Source: a virus (Duplodnaviria; Heunggongvirae; Uroviricota; Caudoviricetes). From it: a DNA stretch of 39,822 bases. Below are positions 37,582 to 39,822 of the stretch, one piece after another (within the stretch, counting starts at the first letter, position 1; every line of letters starts with the position of its first letter). The DNA lies in IMG/VR virus record IMGVR_UViG_3300029581_000002; one strand, written 5' to 3'. The translations under genes were made by a program, and so were the position numbers. Under the pieces are notes generated by a model, which made no database searches, was not told where the DNA came from, and saw only the letters and a list, made by a program, of their open reading frames with translations.

Positions 37582-37651
37582 TTCTGAGTTAAAATTAGAT
37601 AACCTTTCGGCGCTTATATAAAATCTAATCTCTTTTAGTTATGCACATCTG

Positions 37652-37697
37652 AATAAAAAGAAAAGGGACTACCTTATTCACATAAGATAATCCCTTT
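37652..37697 (-). terminator. Intrinsic terminator after the 37726-38262 gene
   Basis: Minus strand AAAGGGAUUAUCUUAU-GUGA-AUAAGGUAGUCCCUUU followed by UCUUUUUAUU. Confidence 0.9.
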
Positions 37698-37725
37698 GAT
37701 ATTTAAAGTCAATAGAAGTTAAATT

Positions 37726-38262
37726 TTATCCTTCGACCCCAAAGCAGATGTATGTACCCATCTTAGCTGATTTTGACGGAGTGTGTTTTACTTCAAAAGC
37801 ACCGTCTTCGCCTTCAACTACAGCCTTGATGTACTTGCAATAGATATCGCCAGTATAACCTTTCTTAGTGTAAAGTTCCTTAGCGATTTCTTTGGCTTTA
37901 GTTTTAGTTTCAAAGTTCAAGAACAATACTTCACCAGTTGCAGGATTGATTCCCTGATAGCCAGTTTTGTATTTACGTTTACCTTTCTCGTTCTTGATGT
38001 CACGCATAGTATAAGGACGTTCACGAGTATCAGCAGAACCTGCTTCAAATGTGATAGAACATCCGATGCCAGCAGCAAACTTAGTATGCTTAGCCAGATA
38101 CTCTGCTTCAAATTCCTTCAAAGCTTTCTCTGAAATAGGTTTACCAGCTGTCTTCCATGCCTGAGTTGCATCACGAATTACTTGGAAAGGTGCTTGTGCG
38201 ATTGCTTCTTGTTTAGTATAACCTTTTACTTCTACGTTCTTAAAATTTACTTGGTTTGTCAT
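37726..38262 (-). CDS. Basic 178-aa protein, apparently highly expressed; start MTNQVNF
   Basis: Lys-rich, with optimal-looking codons (CGT, GGT, ACT, TTC, ATC). The tracked start at 38463 lies upstream of the two promoters, so the start was moved. Confidence 0.75.
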   Translation of the reverse strand: MTNQVNFKNVEVKGYTKQEAIAQAPFQVIRDATQAWKTAGKPISEKALKEFEAEYLAKHTKFAAGIGCSITFEAGSADTRERPYTMRDIKNEKGKRKYKTGYQGINPATGEVLFLNFETKTKAKEIAKELYTKKGYTGDIYCKYIKAVVEGEDGAFEVKHTPSKSAKMGTYICFGVEG

Positions 38263-38317
38263 AATTAATTGGAATTTAAACATTAGTTCATTGTCATATC
38301 TCTTTGTTATTGTATTA

Positions 38318-38349
38318 CAAAGGTACTGCTTTAATAGTAAACTACCAAA
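38318..38349 (-). promoter_or_regulatory. Bacteroidetes primary-sigma promoter (proximal)
   Basis: Minus strand TTTG-N20-TACCTTTG, an exact match to -33 TTTG / -7 TAnnTTTG. Confidence 0.85.
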
Positions 38350-38417
38350 CAGTTCTAATGCAAAATAATCTAAATTTAATTCTATTAATCTGACTCTCCT
38401 TCGAGAGGAAAGCGTTA

Positions 38418-38449
38418 CAAAGATACTACATTTCTTGTAACTACACAAG
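38418..38449 (-). promoter_or_regulatory. Bacteroidetes primary-sigma promoter (distal)
   Basis: Minus strand CTTG-N20-TATCTTTG, exactly 100 bp upstream of the proximal promoter. Confidence 0.75.
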
Positions 38450-38481
38450 TAAATTGCCAACAATTAGTGAGTTAATAAGAT

Positions 38482-38739
38482 TTAACTATTATCGTTTGGC
38501 GGAAAGCAAAATTCATTTTTAGTCATTTGCTTCCATGTGTCTCGACTTTCCTCGTAGAACTTGTCCACGATTTCGTCAGAGCGTTTCTCTATTAATCCTG
38601 CTGCCCATAACAGCTGGTGGAAACGCATATCGGGATGTTTCCTGGCTAATACTTCTAAACTATGAATTATAGCCATGTTATTCAAATATCTGTCATGTAC
38701 CATAATTAAAATGGCGTTTCTGGCGTAGTAGGTTCCCAA
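38482..38739 (-). CDS. Hypothetical protein (start may be downstream, e.g. MVHDRY)
   Basis: HPDMRFHQLL...DKFYEES pattern. Confidence 0.65.
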   Translation of the reverse strand: MGTYYARNAILIMVHDRYLNNMAIIHSLEVLARKHPDMRFHQLLWAAGLIEKRSDEIVDKFYEESRDTWKQMTKNEFCFPPNDNS

Positions 38740-39098
38740 GGAAGCTCTTTATCAAGAATTTCATTAATCTTAGCAACCATATCTTTAGCCGATTTTAAAT
38801 CAAATGTCAAGAACTCGGTAGTGTTTCTCATAAAATCATCACATATAACTGCGAGACCTTTAAGAAGACCCTCCGAATTATGACTTTCTTTGCCCTGTCT
38901 AATCTTCTGGATTACTTGCCAAGTAGTTGCGTTAGGAGTTTTGTTCCTAGCTTGCTTAGTAAGAAAGCATATTAGTGATATTAAAGCGAACTTAGTTCCT
39001 ATATCACAGGCCAGACATCCTAAACTGAAGTACTGCTTGTAATATTCCTTCAAATCATTCATAGTAGGCTCATAGTATTCCATCAGCATCGTATCCAT
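38706..39098 (-). CDS. Hypothetical protein
   Basis: 130-aa ORF. Confidence 0.7.
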   Translation of the reverse strand: MDTMLMEYYEPTMNDLKEYYKQYFSLGCLACDIGTKFALISLICFLTKQARNKTPNATTWQVIQKIRQGKESHNSEGLLKGLAVICDDFMRNTTEFLTFDLKSAKDMVAKINEILDKELPWEPTTPETPF

Positions 39099-39822
39099 AA
39101 AGCTCGTAATATGCTACACGCCTCAACAATGTAGTAAATTCAGTAAAACCCGACAACATATGACCATTATTAACAGGAAACACTCCAGACCTAAAATCCG
39201 GAACTGTTGATACCACTAACATATTAGCCTTAAGTGTGGGCTTTGCCTTATATTCATTCTCTATGTACAATTTTAGCATCCACATATACATAGCCATTTG
39301 CCTAGCATAGTGATACTTATCAAAGCTCTCATGAAACTTAGTGAGATAATGTCCACTAGTCTTCAAGTCATTGAGAACTAATTCATTCGACTCTGGACTG
39401 TATGTAAAATTATCCAACTTAGCTTTTAGTTTGAGAACCTTACTAAGACCATTATGCTCAACAAGCACATCTATTAATAGTACAGACTCATTCTTGGAGA
39501 TTGGCTTCTCTAATAAATAGTCTGGATTCAATAAGGATTGTATTTGTGGATTACATTCAACTGATACAATACATTCTCGTAGTTTGTCTCTAGATTTAGC
39601 ATCAAGATAAATTGGAACCTTATCTGCAACATATTTGCTGCCCCACTCATAAGCTGTGCGTTGAGCATAATAGTTCTCGCATTTTATGCGCAGAGCATCC
39701 ATTTTGTCTTCATCCATTTTACCTTTATAATAGCTAATCTTGTCAGACGCTACTACTATCTCATCCTTAGTAACAACACCATTAGCTATAAATAAAGGAT
39801 ACAGCTCATCAGCCATGAATCC
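39070..39822 (-). CDS. PD-(D/E)xK exonuclease (RecE/ExoVIII-like), 5' end probably outside window
   Basis: KAKLDN...LNDLKTS, YHYARQMAMY; frame open to the window edge (GGA TTC ATG). Confidence 0.8.
   Translation of the reverse strand, partial: GFMADELYPLFIANGVVTKDEIVVASDKISYYKGKMDEDKMDALRIKCENYYAQRTAYEWGSKYVADKVPIYLDAKSRDKLRECIVSVECNPQIQSLLNPDYLLEKPISKNESVLLIDVLVEHNGLSKVLKLKAKLDNFTYSPESNELVLNDLKTSGHYLTKFHESFDKYHYARQMAMYMWMLKLYIENEYKAKPTLKANMLVVSTVPDFRSGVFPVNNGHMLSGFTEFTTLLRRVAYYELYGYDADGIL

Noticed and set aside
38263..38463. N-terminal 67 aa of the tracked 245-aa ORF
   Set aside because: Overlaps two consensus promoters and AT-rich non-coding-like sequence; the real start is more likely 38262 (or 38283).
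1..39822. tRNA genes, CRISPR arrays, integrase or IS elements
   Set aside because: Almost no intergenic space; no cloverleaf, direct-repeat array, recombinase or transposase motifs were noticed by eye (tRNAscan-SE would confirm).

Overview
AT-rich, densely coding segment of a lytic Bacteroidetes phage, most likely crAss-like (Crassvirales). The evidence is Bacteroidetes-type TAnnTTTG promoters, Bacteroides-like NrdD/NrdG, PolA, a Dda-like helicase, a DUF932-like gene and a giant + strand protein. The first 2.5 kb is the 3' end of a large + strand gene. It converges on a long hairpin terminator with a ~37 kb minus-strand block of about 65 tightly overlapping genes for replication (PolA, AEP-like protein, DNA ligase, helicase, PD-(D/E)xK nuclease), dNTP supply (NrdDG, ThyX, dUTPase, dNMP kinase) and RNA/tRNA repair (Pnk, RNA ligase, CCA-adding enzyme, HAD-YqeY). 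Main highlights: (1) a complete four-enzyme deamidating NAD+ salvage route (pncA-pncB-nadE-nadD) plus a Nudix hydrolase and a SLOG protein. This is a candidate NAD-reconstitution anti-defence pathway distinct from NARP1/NARP2, and Tad1-like and Tad2-like signal sponges are in the same block. (2) The Pnk gene is interrupted inside its Walker A by CAG-TGA-CAG directly after a perfect 12-bp hairpin, a candidate programmed ribosomal stop-hop. (3) PolA carries two beta-clamp-binding-like motifs. All family calls come from motif recognition by eye; no database searches were run.
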